In this document: positions 1 through 9,308 of the stretch, piece after piece
Numbering within the stretch: position 1 is the first letter of the stretch
How the letters are laid out: each line of letters begins with the position of its first letter
Assembly (NCBI GenBank): GCA_002898355.1
Contig: BEHD01000010.1
Span: 2,637-66,636, forward strand
DNA length: 64,000 nucleotides
DNA from: an archaeon HR01
GTDB lineage: Archaea; Thermoproteota; Nitrososphaeria_A; Caldarchaeales; Caldarchaeaceae
Reading direction: 5' to 3'
Translations under genes and position numbers: made by a program
The notes under the pieces: model-generated
Seen by the model: the letters and a program-made list of their open reading frames with translations, nothing else
What the model was told of the DNA's origin: nothing
The model's database searches: none

Positions 1-398
1 CGGCGTTAGCAGGAGCCATCTTCTGGGCTGCATATCTCACATCCGGCGTCGGGGTCAGGGCCAGAGTACACCCCATAGCTGCCACACCATCACTATACAT
101 GGTCTCCGCCCTTGTTCTAGCGTTGTCCGGCCTGCTGGTGGGTGGCGGCCTCATCCTACCCCAAACCAATGAGATACCACCCATCATCGCGTTAGTGTTC
201 CTCCCAACAGTCATGGGGCATACACTCCAGTTCTCATCCCTCAAAGGCCTCAAACCATATGAGACCTCTACGCTGGCCCTTCTAGAGCCTGTAGCAGCCT
301 CAGCGCTGGCCCTAATCGTTTTCGGAGAGGCTCCAGCACCAATCCTCTATCTAAGCGCAGCAGTCGTGATATTCGGAATCTATCTAGTAGTTAGATGA
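1..398 (+). CDS. DMT/EamA-family transporter, C-terminal fragment (5' end outside window)
   Basis: Frame of ORF 99..398 stays open back to the window start (no stop in positions 3..98). Translation ALAGAIFWAAYLTSGV...LALSGLLVGGG...VIFGIYLVV is hydrophobic and helical, typical of EamA repeat. Confidence 0.5.
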   Translation, partial: ALAGAIFWAAYLTSGVGVRARVHPIAATPSLYMVSALVLALSGLLVGGGLILPQTNEIPPIIALVFLPTVMGHTLQFSSLKGLKPYETSTLALLEPVAASALALIVFGEAPAPILYLSAAVVIFGIYLVVR

Positions 399-1333
399 TC
401 GGCAAGGACTTTTACGACGGCGGCGTCCTGTACGGCAAGCCCTACGCTCTTGAAGATTGTTATCTCTTCCACGCCTGTTCTTCCCGGCTTTAGGCCAGCC
501 GCCAGCTCGCCCAGTTCGGCGTAGATTTTTTCCTTCGCCATAAGCCCTTTTCTGATGGCTTGTATGATGTCCCCCGCCTCCTCGAGGGCGGCCTCCCTCG
601 AATCCACCACCAGCTTCGAGGATGCCACAAGCTCTGGGTCCAGCTCAGCCATGTCAGGTGTATAGGCTCCTATTGCTGATATATGGGTTCCAGGCTTGAC
701 CCATCCCTTCAAGACTACAGGGGTCCTCGAGGTTGTGGCCGTTACAACTATGTCTGAGCCATGAACCAGCTTCTCAGGCTCCCGGACAGGCTTTACCGGT
801 AACCCGGTCTCCCCTCCCATCTCTCTGGCAAACTTTTCCATCCTCTCCCCATCAATGTCATAGACCATGACCTCCTCCAGCTTGGCAACCTTGGAGAGAG
901 CTCTCAGCTGCCATCCAGCCTGATATCCGCAGCCTATCAGCCCAAGGACTTGAGAATCCTTACGTCCAAGATATTTGAAGGAGACGGCGGTGGCGGCCCC
1001 GGTCCTCATCCCCGTCAGCGCTCTGGCTGAAGCAACAAACATTATGCTGCCATTTGATGGGTTGACCGCCACCACCGACGCCTGTATTGTGGGAAGTCCT
1101 CTAGCCATGTTTTCAGGATAGACAGTAACTATCTTTGTACTGAAGACATTCATGGCTGGCATGTAACATGGCATAAGCAGTATATCTCCACGATACTCAC
1201 GTGCCTCGACCCTAGTTCTCAAAGGTGTCACCGTTACTCCTAGGCTGAAATACTTGAAGGCCTCCTCCACAGCACTTATAACTTCCTCCAAGGGTGCATG
1301 TCGAACCACATCCTCATCTGACAGGTATAGCAT
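380..1333 (-). CDS. ornithine cyclodeaminase / mu-crystallin family protein (archaeal alanine dehydrogenase-like)
   Basis: 317 aa. Rossmann motif GLIGCGYQAGWQL and overall OCD/mu-crystallin architecture (substrate domain plus NAD domain). Confidence 0.75.
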   Translation of the reverse strand: MLYLSDEDVVRHAPLEEVISAVEEAFKYFSLGVTVTPLRTRVEAREYRGDILLMPCYMPAMNVFSTKIVTVYPENMARGLPTIQASVVAVNPSNGSIMFVASARALTGMRTGAATAVSFKYLGRKDSQVLGLIGCGYQAGWQLRALSKVAKLEEVMVYDIDGERMEKFAREMGGETGLPVKPVREPEKLVHGSDIVVTATTSRTPVVLKGWVKPGTHISAIGAYTPDMAELDPELVASSKLVVDSREAALEEAGDIIQAIRKGLMAKEKIYAELGELAAGLKPGRTGVEEITIFKSVGLAVQDAAVVKVLADHLTTR

Positions 1334-1382
1334 GTCTTGATAGGGCCGGACACATATTTAAACGACTCTAGAAAGGGATGTT

Positions 1383-3638
1383 ATGATGTATTGGATTGGG
1401 TTTCTGCTTATAGCCCTCACTCTTCTCAATATACCCGTCAAGGTGGATGTGCCTTCTCACTCCTTCGCCGACCTTATAGTCGAGCTAGATGAAGGTATGG
1501 TCGGCCGGTTGGAGACTTTAGGCCATGTCCGTATGGTGATGTCTGGGATAGCCACTTTGAGGGTTTCAAGGCATTTAATCGATGACGTGGTCGGTATTGT
1601 CAGGGCTGTCTACTCTCCGAGAAGGTTCACCCCCTCCCTAGAGGTTAGTACAGCAGAGATAGGTTTGCCTGAGATAATGGAGATGAAGGGGTTGAATACA
1701 GCCGGTATTGACGGCTCCAACGTTCTTATAGCCATTATAGACACTGGGGTTGACTACAACCACCCAGCCTTCAAAGACTCTGAAGGCAGGTCTAGGATTC
1801 TTTATATCTGGGATCAGACATTGGAGGGCAAGCCTCCGAAGAGCTTCGACTACGGATACGAATGCTCCCCAGAGGAGATAAACAGCGGTGGATGCCCTGA
1901 AAGGGATGTAAACGGCCATGGAACATTGGTGGCCTCCATAGCAGCCGGCTCCTCCGGTGTTGCGAGGTCGGCCAGCCTTATAGTGGTGAAGGCTGGGGGA
2001 CCGGTGTGTGATGGAAGGTTTTGGAGCTTTGATGAGGCGGGACTGCTGGACGCCCTAGCATACGTGCATGAAAAGGCTGTTGAGCTGGGAATGCGGCTGG
2101 TCATCAATCTTAGTCTGGGCACAGATATAGGTGGACATGACGGTAATAGCCCATTGGAGAAGGTTTTGGATAGCCTTGTGGAGCAGGGTGTTGTTGTAGT
2201 TGTTGCGGCCGGCAACTCAGCCGCAGATGGCAGACATGTCAAGCTCCACACATCGGCTGAGGCTCCTGTGGGTATTCGGTTCAACATCCCCGACCAGACC
2301 AGCGAATACTCCATCTCCCTTGTCACCCAGCCGGACGAGGGGTTAGGTCTTACTCTCGTCTCCCCCGGTGGGGAAAAGCTGGAGATAGGCCTCAACAGGA
2401 CAGAGAACTGGAAAGCATACGAGGTCTCCACCGAATCCTATAAAAGGGGCAGTATCTGGGAGGGCCTGCTAACAGTAACGGGGCCCGTTGAAGGGTTGTG
2501 GCGTCTGGAGGTATCCGAGAACTCTTTGGACAGCCGGCTTCTCCATCTATGGTTGGAGAGCGACACATGCAGCAGTCTTAGGGAGTCATTCACAGCCGGT
2601 GTGGGATATGAGATATCCCAGGAATCAACCGTCTCAATACCGGGGACTGCCTCCAAGGTCATCACCGTGGGTGCATACATGACGAGAAATCGATGGGTTA
2701 CGGAGTCGGGTAGGACGGTGGGGGTGGACGGCGTAGTAGGCTCCCTCGAATACTACAGCGGTCGGGGCCCGACCATCGACGGCCGGGTCAAACCAGATGT
2801 CACAGCTCCCGGCGGCGTCATAATAGGCGCAAAATCCAGAGATATGGGAGGGGTGTCTATAGACCCCAGCGGCCTAGAGAGGCCTGGAAGGGGTACCAGC
2901 ATGGCCACACCCCATGTGGCTGGTGTCGCAGCCCTCATCCTCCAAATAAGCCCGACAACAACAGCCGAGCATGTGGCCTACGTGATACAGAAGACGGCCC
3001 GTCAGGACAATTTCACCGGCTCAATCGGGTCGGCTGGGTCCAACGCATGGGGATGGGGGAAGCTAAACGCCGTCATAGCATATCCTCTTATAATCCAGAT
3101 AACTGGATACACACCATCCACACTAAGCCTATCAGTCAACGGAACCTCAACCCCGTTATCGAGTGGCCGGGCTGAAATCATACTCCTCAAAAATACGTTG
3201 TACGAGCTTAGGCCAGTCTTCACAGGAGACGGCGTGGATGTGAGATACAGAGTCGAGCCTGAGAAGTATTACGTGTCATCTGCGGGCGAAGTCATCTTCA
3301 GCGTATCCGCACAGTACCATGTCAACGTATTCGGCGGCGACGGAGAGCTACTATACTCTGGCTGGGTGCCGTCAAAAACCGTACTGGACCTGGAGAACCT
3401 TTCAGGACTTGGGGCAGGCCAGGGTTTTCATCTGGTCCGTAGGAGTGTGGCGGGCTACTACGTTGATGGCTCATTCTTCTTGGAGAGACGGGTGTTGGTG
3501 GACCGGCCGGCAAATATATACATCGTAGTGGCTGAAGACTACACGGGACTACTTCTGGTAGCGGTTATATCTGCAGTAATACCCGTATCTATTTATCTTG
3601 GATGGGTCTACGCCAGATACAGAAGAAATAGATGGTGA
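1383..3638 (+). CDS. subtilisin-like serine protease (peptidase S8, pyrolysin-like) with C-terminal membrane anchor
   Basis: Catalytic triad motifs DTGVDYNHPAF (Asp), NGHGTLVAS (His), GTSMATPHVAG (Ser). N-terminal signal/TM segment, C-terminal TM (LLLVAVISAVIPVSIYLGWVY) plus basic tail. Confidence 0.85.
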   Translation: MMYWIGFLLIALTLLNIPVKVDVPSHSFADLIVELDEGMVGRLETLGHVRMVMSGIATLRVSRHLIDDVVGIVRAVYSPRRFTPSLEVSTAEIGLPEIMEMKGLNTAGIDGSNVLIAIIDTGVDYNHPAFKDSEGRSRILYIWDQTLEGKPPKSFDYGYECSPEEINSGGCPERDVNGHGTLVASIAAGSSGVARSASLIVVKAGGPVCDGRFWSFDEAGLLDALAYVHEKAVELGMRLVINLSLGTDIGGHDGNSPLEKVLDSLVEQGVVVVVAAGNSAADGRHVKLHTSAEAPVGIRFNIPDQTSEYSISLVTQPDEGLGLTLVSPGGEKLEIGLNRTENWKAYEVSTESYKRGSIWEGLLTVTGPVEGLWRLEVSENSLDSRLLHLWLESDTCSSLRESFTAGVGYEISQESTVSIPGTASKVITVGAYMTRNRWVTESGRTVGVDGVVGSLEYYSGRGPTIDGRVKPDVTAPGGVIIGAKSRDMGGVSIDPSGLERPGRGTSMATPHVAGVAALILQISPTTTAEHVAYVIQKTARQDNFTGSIGSAGSNAWGWGKLNAVIAYPLIIQITGYTPSTLSLSVNGTSTPLSSGRAEIILLKNTLYELRPVFTGDGVDVRYRVEPEKYYVSSAGEVIFSVSAQYHVNVFGGDGELLYSGWVPSKTVLDLENLSGLGAGQGFHLVRRSVAGYYVDGSFFLERRVLVDRPANIYIVVAEDYTGLLLVAVISAVIPVSIYLGWVYARYRRNRW

Positions 3639-3894
3639 AGGGTGGGTGGAGACTAGATATTTTGTGGAGGTTAAGGAGGCGGAGAAGCCGCTGAAATATG
3701 ATGCCGCTGTGGCGGAGACAATCAAGGGGGTTGTTAAGGGGAAGATGCTGGCGAGGATGAAGAGGGAGTATGTTGAATGTCCTCTCGCTTCGGAGAAGGT
3801 CGCTTTCCTCACATGCTTCGTCTGCGTATCCCATATCAGACGTGTCAGAGGAATAGTCCACTGCGCAGGAATCGAGAAAAAGGTTAGAAGTTGA
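3598..3894 (+). CDS. small Cys-containing hypothetical protein (start uncertain; overlaps protease 3' end)
   Basis: 98-aa ORF with Cys/His cluster ECPL...CFVC...HC. No recognised family. Confidence 0.2.
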   Translation: MDGSTPDTEEIDGEGWVETRYFVEVKEAEKPLKYDAAVAETIKGVVKGKMLARMKREYVECPLASEKVAFLTCFVCVSHIRRVRGIVHCAGIEKKVRS

Positions 3895-4157
3895 AATCTC
3901 CATCCCTAGCCTTCGCAGGGGTTGTCACATCTGTATTCGGACTATTCATAATAATAACCGGCCTACCCTTCGGCATAGCCTTCCTCATGGCGGGAATAAT
4001 CATGTTTGTCCTAGCCTATATTCTACCCCCTCCCCAGCCTCCAACGCCCGATGACCCTGGAAAGAAACTCTGCTGGTTCTGCTATAGGGAAATACCCGCA
4101 GACTCTAAGACCTGCCCTTACTGCAGGCTCCGACAGGATTCAATCCGTGACAACTAG
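3891..4157 (+). CDS. small membrane protein with C-terminal C4 zinc ribbon
   Basis: Two TM helices then CWFC...CPYC. TTG start overlapping the previous stop. Confidence 0.3.
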   Translation: MKSPSLAFAGVVTSVFGLFIIITGLPFGIAFLMAGIIMFVLAYILPPPQPPTPDDPGKKLCWFCYREIPADSKTCPYCRLRQDSIRDN

Positions 4158-5981
4158 GCGTAACCTCCTTCCAGAATATAGTGCGTTGATGATAGCTCTC
4201 CCATTCTCCGACCTCTTGCTCACCTTGATGACACCTCTCTTCCCTACCGTAGCTGAAAAAAGGTACTGCCCATCCACGTAAACATTCAGCCTCCCTCTAG
4301 CCACATCATCCTTAAGGACAAGATTGACTGTGTTCCCACTCTCCGTAATCTCGAAATCTATCTCCCTACCCAGGGTTGGGATTTTAGGTTCCACCTCTAA
4401 AGAGACGCCCAGCTCCTTCTCCAATCTAGCCACGTTTTCTCCGTGTCTCCCTATCAGCCTTGGAACCACATCCTTATCCACCCTCACAACCACCCGGCCG
4501 CCCCCTTTCATCTCAACCTCAGCTGCAGGGTCGTATTCATGTACCGCAGTTCTAACCGACTCCAGTATCTTCGCCCTGTTCTTCTCAGCTTCAGCAGAGA
4601 TCTTTCCCACAGGTATCACAACATTCTCCTCACCGTATGTGTAGATTTCATACTCCAGTTCTCCGGTCTCGAAGTCTCTCACCTCCACTAAAGGCCTTGA
4701 TAGGTCCTGCTCAACCATTCCAGTAGGTACTCTAACAACCAGGGATATCTCATAGACCTTGGCTATCCGACCGTCCTTTAGAAAGATTACGGTATCGATA
4801 ATATGAGGTATCATGCCAAGCTCAACCCTTCCTATAAACCTCTGAATGGCGCCTACAGCATCACTAGCATGTACAACACCGATCATGCCGACACCGGCCA
4901 GCCTCATATCTGCGAAGATGCGGAAATCTTTCTCCCGCCTCACCTCATCAAATACGGTGTAGTCGGGCCTTACCAGCAGTAGTATCTCCGCCGTCTTCTC
5001 AAAATCTCCTTCAAGCGGGCCATACTGAGTTATCTCTGGACCGACCTGCAGGTCTCTAGGGGATTCCAGCGTCTTTACTACCCGGCCCTGCCTGCTGTAG
5101 AACTCGGCCAGACTCGCTGCGAACGTGGATTTACCGCTTCCCGGTGGCCCGGCTATAAGTATACCCTCAGCCCTGTTAGCAAGCCTCTCCATCAGCCTTC
5201 TGGACAGCCTGTAGTCTTCAAGCCTAAGCCTTACTATAGGACGGACAACAGTAACCTCCAACCCATCTGAGAAGGGAGGCCTCGCCACGGCTATCCTGAA
5301 GCTTCCTATCTGGACCACCATGGCACCGCTCCTCATAATCTCCACCACGCCTTCAGGCGATAGGCGGGCGTGCTCCGTTATCTCACGAATAACCTTGTTG
5401 AGGTCTTCAGCCGTCAACGGTTCGTCGGAAATCTTCACAAGCTCAAACCTTCCCGGAGAACCTCTCTTAGCATATATCGGCGCCCCCTCCTTGAGATGAA
5501 GGCTTAGGGTGTCGGGCGTGAAGTATTTCTCGAAGGACATCTCCCTCTCCAGCTCGTCAGGCGGGAAGTATCTGACCGATATGCCCTCGGTCTCCGCCAC
5601 CAAGGCCTGGACAAAGTCGCATGTGTAGAGGGATGCGTTCTCTTTTTTGGCAACCTCCCTGATAAGGGCGTCTATACGCCCGCTTCTAGCCAGTTTAATA
5701 TCTTCTAGGCTCGGCCTCTCCCCGGCAAACCTTATGACAATACCCCGGGGACCAGCCATCTCCCTCAGCTTCTTCAGCTCATTAAGACCGATGAAGCCCG
5801 GCTCTCTTTTCTTGGAAGCCTGGGCCTGCAGCTCATCGATTACAGCCACCGGAATCACTATCTCAGCATCCTTCAGCTCGCCAGCCTCAGCCATCTGCGT
5901 TATCTTCCCATTTATGATGGCGCTGGTGTCTGGAACTATCCTCAATCCGTAAAATCCTACTATTAGGGGATTAAAAAACAT
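4140..5981 (-). CDS. PIN-domain / PilT-like ATPase / KH-domain protein (COG1855-type archaeal ATPase)
   Basis: N-terminal PIN-like DTSAIING...D...ELQ. Walker A GPPGSGKST and PilT/VirB11-like core. C-terminal KH-like VPRLIGRHGENVARLEKELG. Confidence 0.7.
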   Translation of the reverse strand: MFFNPLIVGFYGLRIVPDTSAIINGKITQMAEAGELKDAEIVIPVAVIDELQAQASKKREPGFIGLNELKKLREMAGPRGIVIRFAGERPSLEDIKLARSGRIDALIREVAKKENASLYTCDFVQALVAETEGISVRYFPPDELEREMSFEKYFTPDTLSLHLKEGAPIYAKRGSPGRFELVKISDEPLTAEDLNKVIREITEHARLSPEGVVEIMRSGAMVVQIGSFRIAVARPPFSDGLEVTVVRPIVRLRLEDYRLSRRLMERLANRAEGILIAGPPGSGKSTFAASLAEFYSRQGRVVKTLESPRDLQVGPEITQYGPLEGDFEKTAEILLLVRPDYTVFDEVRREKDFRIFADMRLAGVGMIGVVHASDAVGAIQRFIGRVELGMIPHIIDTVIFLKDGRIAKVYEISLVVRVPTGMVEQDLSRPLVEVRDFETGELEYEIYTYGEENVVIPVGKISAEAEKNRAKILESVRTAVHEYDPAAEVEMKGGGRVVVRVDKDVVPRLIGRHGENVARLEKELGVSLEVEPKIPTLGREIDFEITESGNTVNLVLKDDVARGRLNVYVDGQYLFSATVGKRGVIKVSKRSENGRAIINALYSGRRLRLVVTD

Positions 5982-5982
5982 C

Positions 5983-8502
5983 TCATATTCTTGGAAGCCT
6001 CTCCCGTCTGGCAGAGACCTTTTTTACAGTCTTCCTCACGGCTAGAACAGACACCGTTACTACTAACAGAAGCATCAAGGGCAGGGCCAAAAGCCAGAAA
6101 TCGTTCAGGGAGATCATAACACCTGGGCCCAAGTAGAAGGCGTAGGGGATGACTACCGTGACCTCCCTATCATCCGCTATAAGCTCCACCTGATTCTCTA
6201 CCTGTTTGGGTCCATAGGTCACTAGTAATCTGTAACCTCCCTGTGGGATGGAGGTAAAGGTGGCTGACGGCCCCACTCCTCTAGAGATAGCCCTATCACC
6301 CTTCAGAAGGACTATATCTGCAGGAACCGGCTCCCCCATCTGGTTAACAACCCTCACCTTCAACGAGAAGATATGCAGGGTCAGAGACGCTGTCTCCCCC
6401 GCCTTCACCTTCCCTATACCATACTCGGCCCCGTATAATAAGACCTTATACGTGTATTCCCTAGCAGGGGCCTGACCGAATAACGCAACACCCTGCTCAG
6501 ATGTCTTGGATGAGCCTATACCCTCTACCACCACCTCAACAGCCTCAAGTGGTGAACCATACTGGTCCACAACCTTCACCGCTGGCCTTCCAACACCGAC
6601 AATTATCTCCGCCTCCTCTGATGCCACCTCTAAATCCGCATCATACACCCTCTCCCCCGCAACCTCCACCACAAGCCTGTAGAGCCCGCCGGGAACCGCG
6701 TTGAAGACCGCTAAACCCTCCGAGGTATTTGATTCCAGAGATCTGCCGTCAGAGTAGATGAGCACGTGCCCATTTATCAGGGGTTCGCCGTCCAGCGTTT
6801 TTAGATGGAGCCTGAATGGGTGGATGGATGTTAAGAGCTGGCTGTCACCAGGTAGCTGGATTCGCTCGTCGAAGACGGTTTTCCCTAGATACTCGGCTAC
6901 GATATGGTAGATGGCCCGGGGGATTGCCTCAAGCTTCACCACACCGTCCACGGGCTGGAATGCTCTTCCGTTAACCGAGACAGCCTCCACGGGCGCCGTC
7001 CTATTGGAGCGGTCTATAAACCGCAGTTCAACATCGTGTATCCCGAGTCTCAGCTCATGCTCTCCGTGGTCTTCGGGAATGTTGAATGTGTATCGGCCCA
7101 CCTCGTAAGTGGCTCCGTCAAGCCAGCTCCGGTATTGGGCGGTGATGGTGTAGGCTCCCCGTGGCAGCTGTATGAATGATACCTGTCTGGACGCATCTGT
7201 CTTGATGTCTAAAGGTTGGATGGATAGGGAGACGTTGGCTCTGAGACTTCTCCCTTCCACATCTTTTAATGATAGTATTAGATCGCCCACCTCCGCCCTA
7301 GCCTGTAAATATCCGCCGGGGTCGGTCTTGACGAATGGCTCATCAACCAGGATACTGCCGTTAAAAACCTCAACCCCCCTCCATAAAATCTTCACAGGGT
7401 AGACCCCTCTTGGCACGTTTTTGAACCGGGCCACACCATCCATGGATTGTGTGGACACCCATCCGAGAGATACAGCAGCGTCAAGCCTCCGGCCGGCCAG
7501 GTCTATAACCTCCACATATGCATCGTAGACGCTAGTCCTTATCATCCCGTTCTTGGCCAGGTCGGAGAGCAGTGGAGTGAATAGCTTTACGGTGTATGTC
7601 TCGCCATCGTAGGGTGAGGTGTAGTAGACCCATACCCTGTAGACTCCGTCCTGTAACCTCTCTATATCTACAAATCCATTACTATCGCCATATAGGACAT
7701 GCCTAGACCATGCTCCGGCCAACGTATTCTCCATTACAAGTGTGATGTTGGGGACGGGGTTTGTGCCGAGGAAATCCATGACTCTAAGCCTGAATGTTCT
7801 ATATGGCCTTATCTCTACATAGCCTAGGGAAACTGGAGCGGTTAGCGGGCCAATACTTCTACCATCATCATAGGTGAACACGGCCCCTACTCTAAGCTCG
7901 GCTGATAGCCTGCCCACAGGTGCGTCCTGTGGAGGGTTGATGGTTATGTTGAACAATCTCTCCTCGGACCTTCCTAGAGTCTCAGGCTCCTGATACTGTG
8001 TTATGGCAATGGGCCTGCTGTAACCGCTGACCCAAATCTCAAATGAGCTGATTCTAAAGTATCCAGGCTCAAGGTTTTTCATCCTTATAATGGCCCATCC
8101 CGAGCCCCCAGCATGTATGTCACCCTGCCACATGGTTACATCGGCGGCCAGATGCCAGGAGCCGATTATCTCTCTCCGGAGGCAGACTGTGAAGACTGTG
8201 TCTATACTGAATCTTCTCTCTCCGTATGCTATGGAATAGCCTGTCAAAGTTACGTAATAGCTGTAATACCAGGCGTAGATGTCTAAGATGGCGTAGCCTG
8301 TGGCGTTGGTCGTTCCCGAGACAGAGTGTCCCGGATTCTCCAACGTCACCGAGGCGCCCTGTAGGGCCTCGTCTGTAGCGCAGTCGACAACCCTTACGTA
8401 TGAGGTCCCATAGGCGGTTCCGCTGGGCGGAGGCTCCAACCCATAAGCGGACCCAATAACCATCACCACAAGAAACAGCATAAGTATCTGAACCCTTATC
8501 AT
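5983..8502 (-). CDS. large secreted surface protein with repeated beta-sandwich domains and C-terminal TM anchor
   Basis: 839 aa. N-terminal signal peptide MIRVQILMLFLVVMVIGSAYG. Repeated approx 90-aa beta-rich modules (..V.L....G..Y.V.V.Y.G..V...). C-terminal TM plus basic tail ...VLAVRKTVKKVSARRERLPRI. Confidence 0.6.
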   Translation of the reverse strand: MIRVQILMLFLVVMVIGSAYGLEPPPSGTAYGTSYVRVVDCATDEALQGASVTLENPGHSVSGTTNATGYAILDIYAWYYSYYVTLTGYSIAYGERRFSIDTVFTVCLRREIIGSWHLAADVTMWQGDIHAGGSGWAIIRMKNLEPGYFRISSFEIWVSGYSRPIAITQYQEPETLGRSEERLFNITINPPQDAPVGRLSAELRVGAVFTYDDGRSIGPLTAPVSLGYVEIRPYRTFRLRVMDFLGTNPVPNITLVMENTLAGAWSRHVLYGDSNGFVDIERLQDGVYRVWVYYTSPYDGETYTVKLFTPLLSDLAKNGMIRTSVYDAYVEVIDLAGRRLDAAVSLGWVSTQSMDGVARFKNVPRGVYPVKILWRGVEVFNGSILVDEPFVKTDPGGYLQARAEVGDLILSLKDVEGRSLRANVSLSIQPLDIKTDASRQVSFIQLPRGAYTITAQYRSWLDGATYEVGRYTFNIPEDHGEHELRLGIHDVELRFIDRSNRTAPVEAVSVNGRAFQPVDGVVKLEAIPRAIYHIVAEYLGKTVFDERIQLPGDSQLLTSIHPFRLHLKTLDGEPLINGHVLIYSDGRSLESNTSEGLAVFNAVPGGLYRLVVEVAGERVYDADLEVASEEAEIIVGVGRPAVKVVDQYGSPLEAVEVVVEGIGSSKTSEQGVALFGQAPAREYTYKVLLYGAEYGIGKVKAGETASLTLHIFSLKVRVVNQMGEPVPADIVLLKGDRAISRGVGPSATFTSIPQGGYRLLVTYGPKQVENQVELIADDREVTVVIPYAFYLGPGVMISLNDFWLLALPLMLLLVVTVSVLAVRKTVKKVSARRERLPRI

Positions 8503-8591
8503 CGTCTACACACTATATATTTAGAAAAATATAACCACATCCACACTCAAAACCTGGGGAATAGCCAGATCATACTACAGGCTTTCACTAG

Positions 8592-9263
8592 CTACTCCCC
8601 GTGTAGGATGCGGAGCAGCTCCAGAGGCCACGAGATTATGGTTTTGCATCCGGCCTGTTCAAACGTTTGACGGTCGTGGATGCCGCCCTCTACAGCTATG
8701 AAAGAGGCCCCAGCCTCCCGGGCTGCCTGGAAATCGTGTACGCTATCCCCCACATATAAGATGTCTTCAGGCCTGGCAGCCATCCTCTCAGCGACCTTCA
8801 ACAGCAAATCCCCCCTGGGCTTTAGATTACTAACGTCATCTCTGGAGACGATGGCGTCTATCTTATCCAAGAGCCCAGACCTCTCCAGAGCCAGCACCGC
8901 AGCATCCCTGTGGGTGTTGGTGGCCACTGCTACACGGAATCCGGCATTCTTCAGACTATTGACGAGCTCCACAACCCCCTCCCTCGGCTTGCTTAGCCGG
9001 GCGGCCCTCATCTCATACTCCTTCATAATTGACAGGACCTTCTCCCTCAGTAGATGGGCTCTCCCATCTCCGATAACGTCTCTAGCTTTTTGGAGAAGTG
9101 ACTGGATTGATTCCTTAACCGAGATCTGGTCCTCCGGCATGCCCATCTCAACCATCGCCTCAACAACCCTCTTCTTGGCCTCGGTAAGCTCCAGTCGGAA
9201 CTCTATTATCGTTCCGTCGAGGTCTAATACGATGATTGACGGCCTGGTATATCCGCCCAACAC
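8592..9263 (-). CDS. HAD-superfamily hydrolase (phosphatase)
   Basis: Motif I IVLDLDGTIIE, motif III/IV K...GDSVHD. Size 223 aa. Confidence 0.75.
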   Translation of the reverse strand: MLGGYTRPSIIVLDLDGTIIEFRLELTEAKKRVVEAMVEMGMPEDQISVKESIQSLLQKARDVIGDGRAHLLREKVLSIMKEYEMRAARLSKPREGVVELVNSLKNAGFRVAVATNTHRDAAVLALERSGLLDKIDAIVSRDDVSNLKPRGDLLLKVAERMAARPEDILYVGDSVHDFQAAREAGASFIAVEGGIHDRQTFEQAGCKTIISWPLELLRILHGE

Positions 9264-9308
9264 CTCTCAACTATCTATAAAAACTCCGTAATCAACTTAT
9301 ATCCGGAT

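Noticed and set aside
1638-3223. Several 60-190 aa ORFs on the minus strand inside the subtilisin gene (1638..1919, 1850..2431, 2438..2680, 2753..2938, 3002..3223)
   Set aside because: They are antisense to a protein with clear catalytic motifs. Their translations are Pro/Ser/Arg-rich with no family signal, as expected for antisense ORFs in GC-rich coding DNA.
8680-9291. 203-aa plus-strand ORF overlapping the HAD hydrolase gene
   Set aside because: Fully antisense to a gene with clear HAD motifs. Low-complexity Ser/Ala-rich translation.
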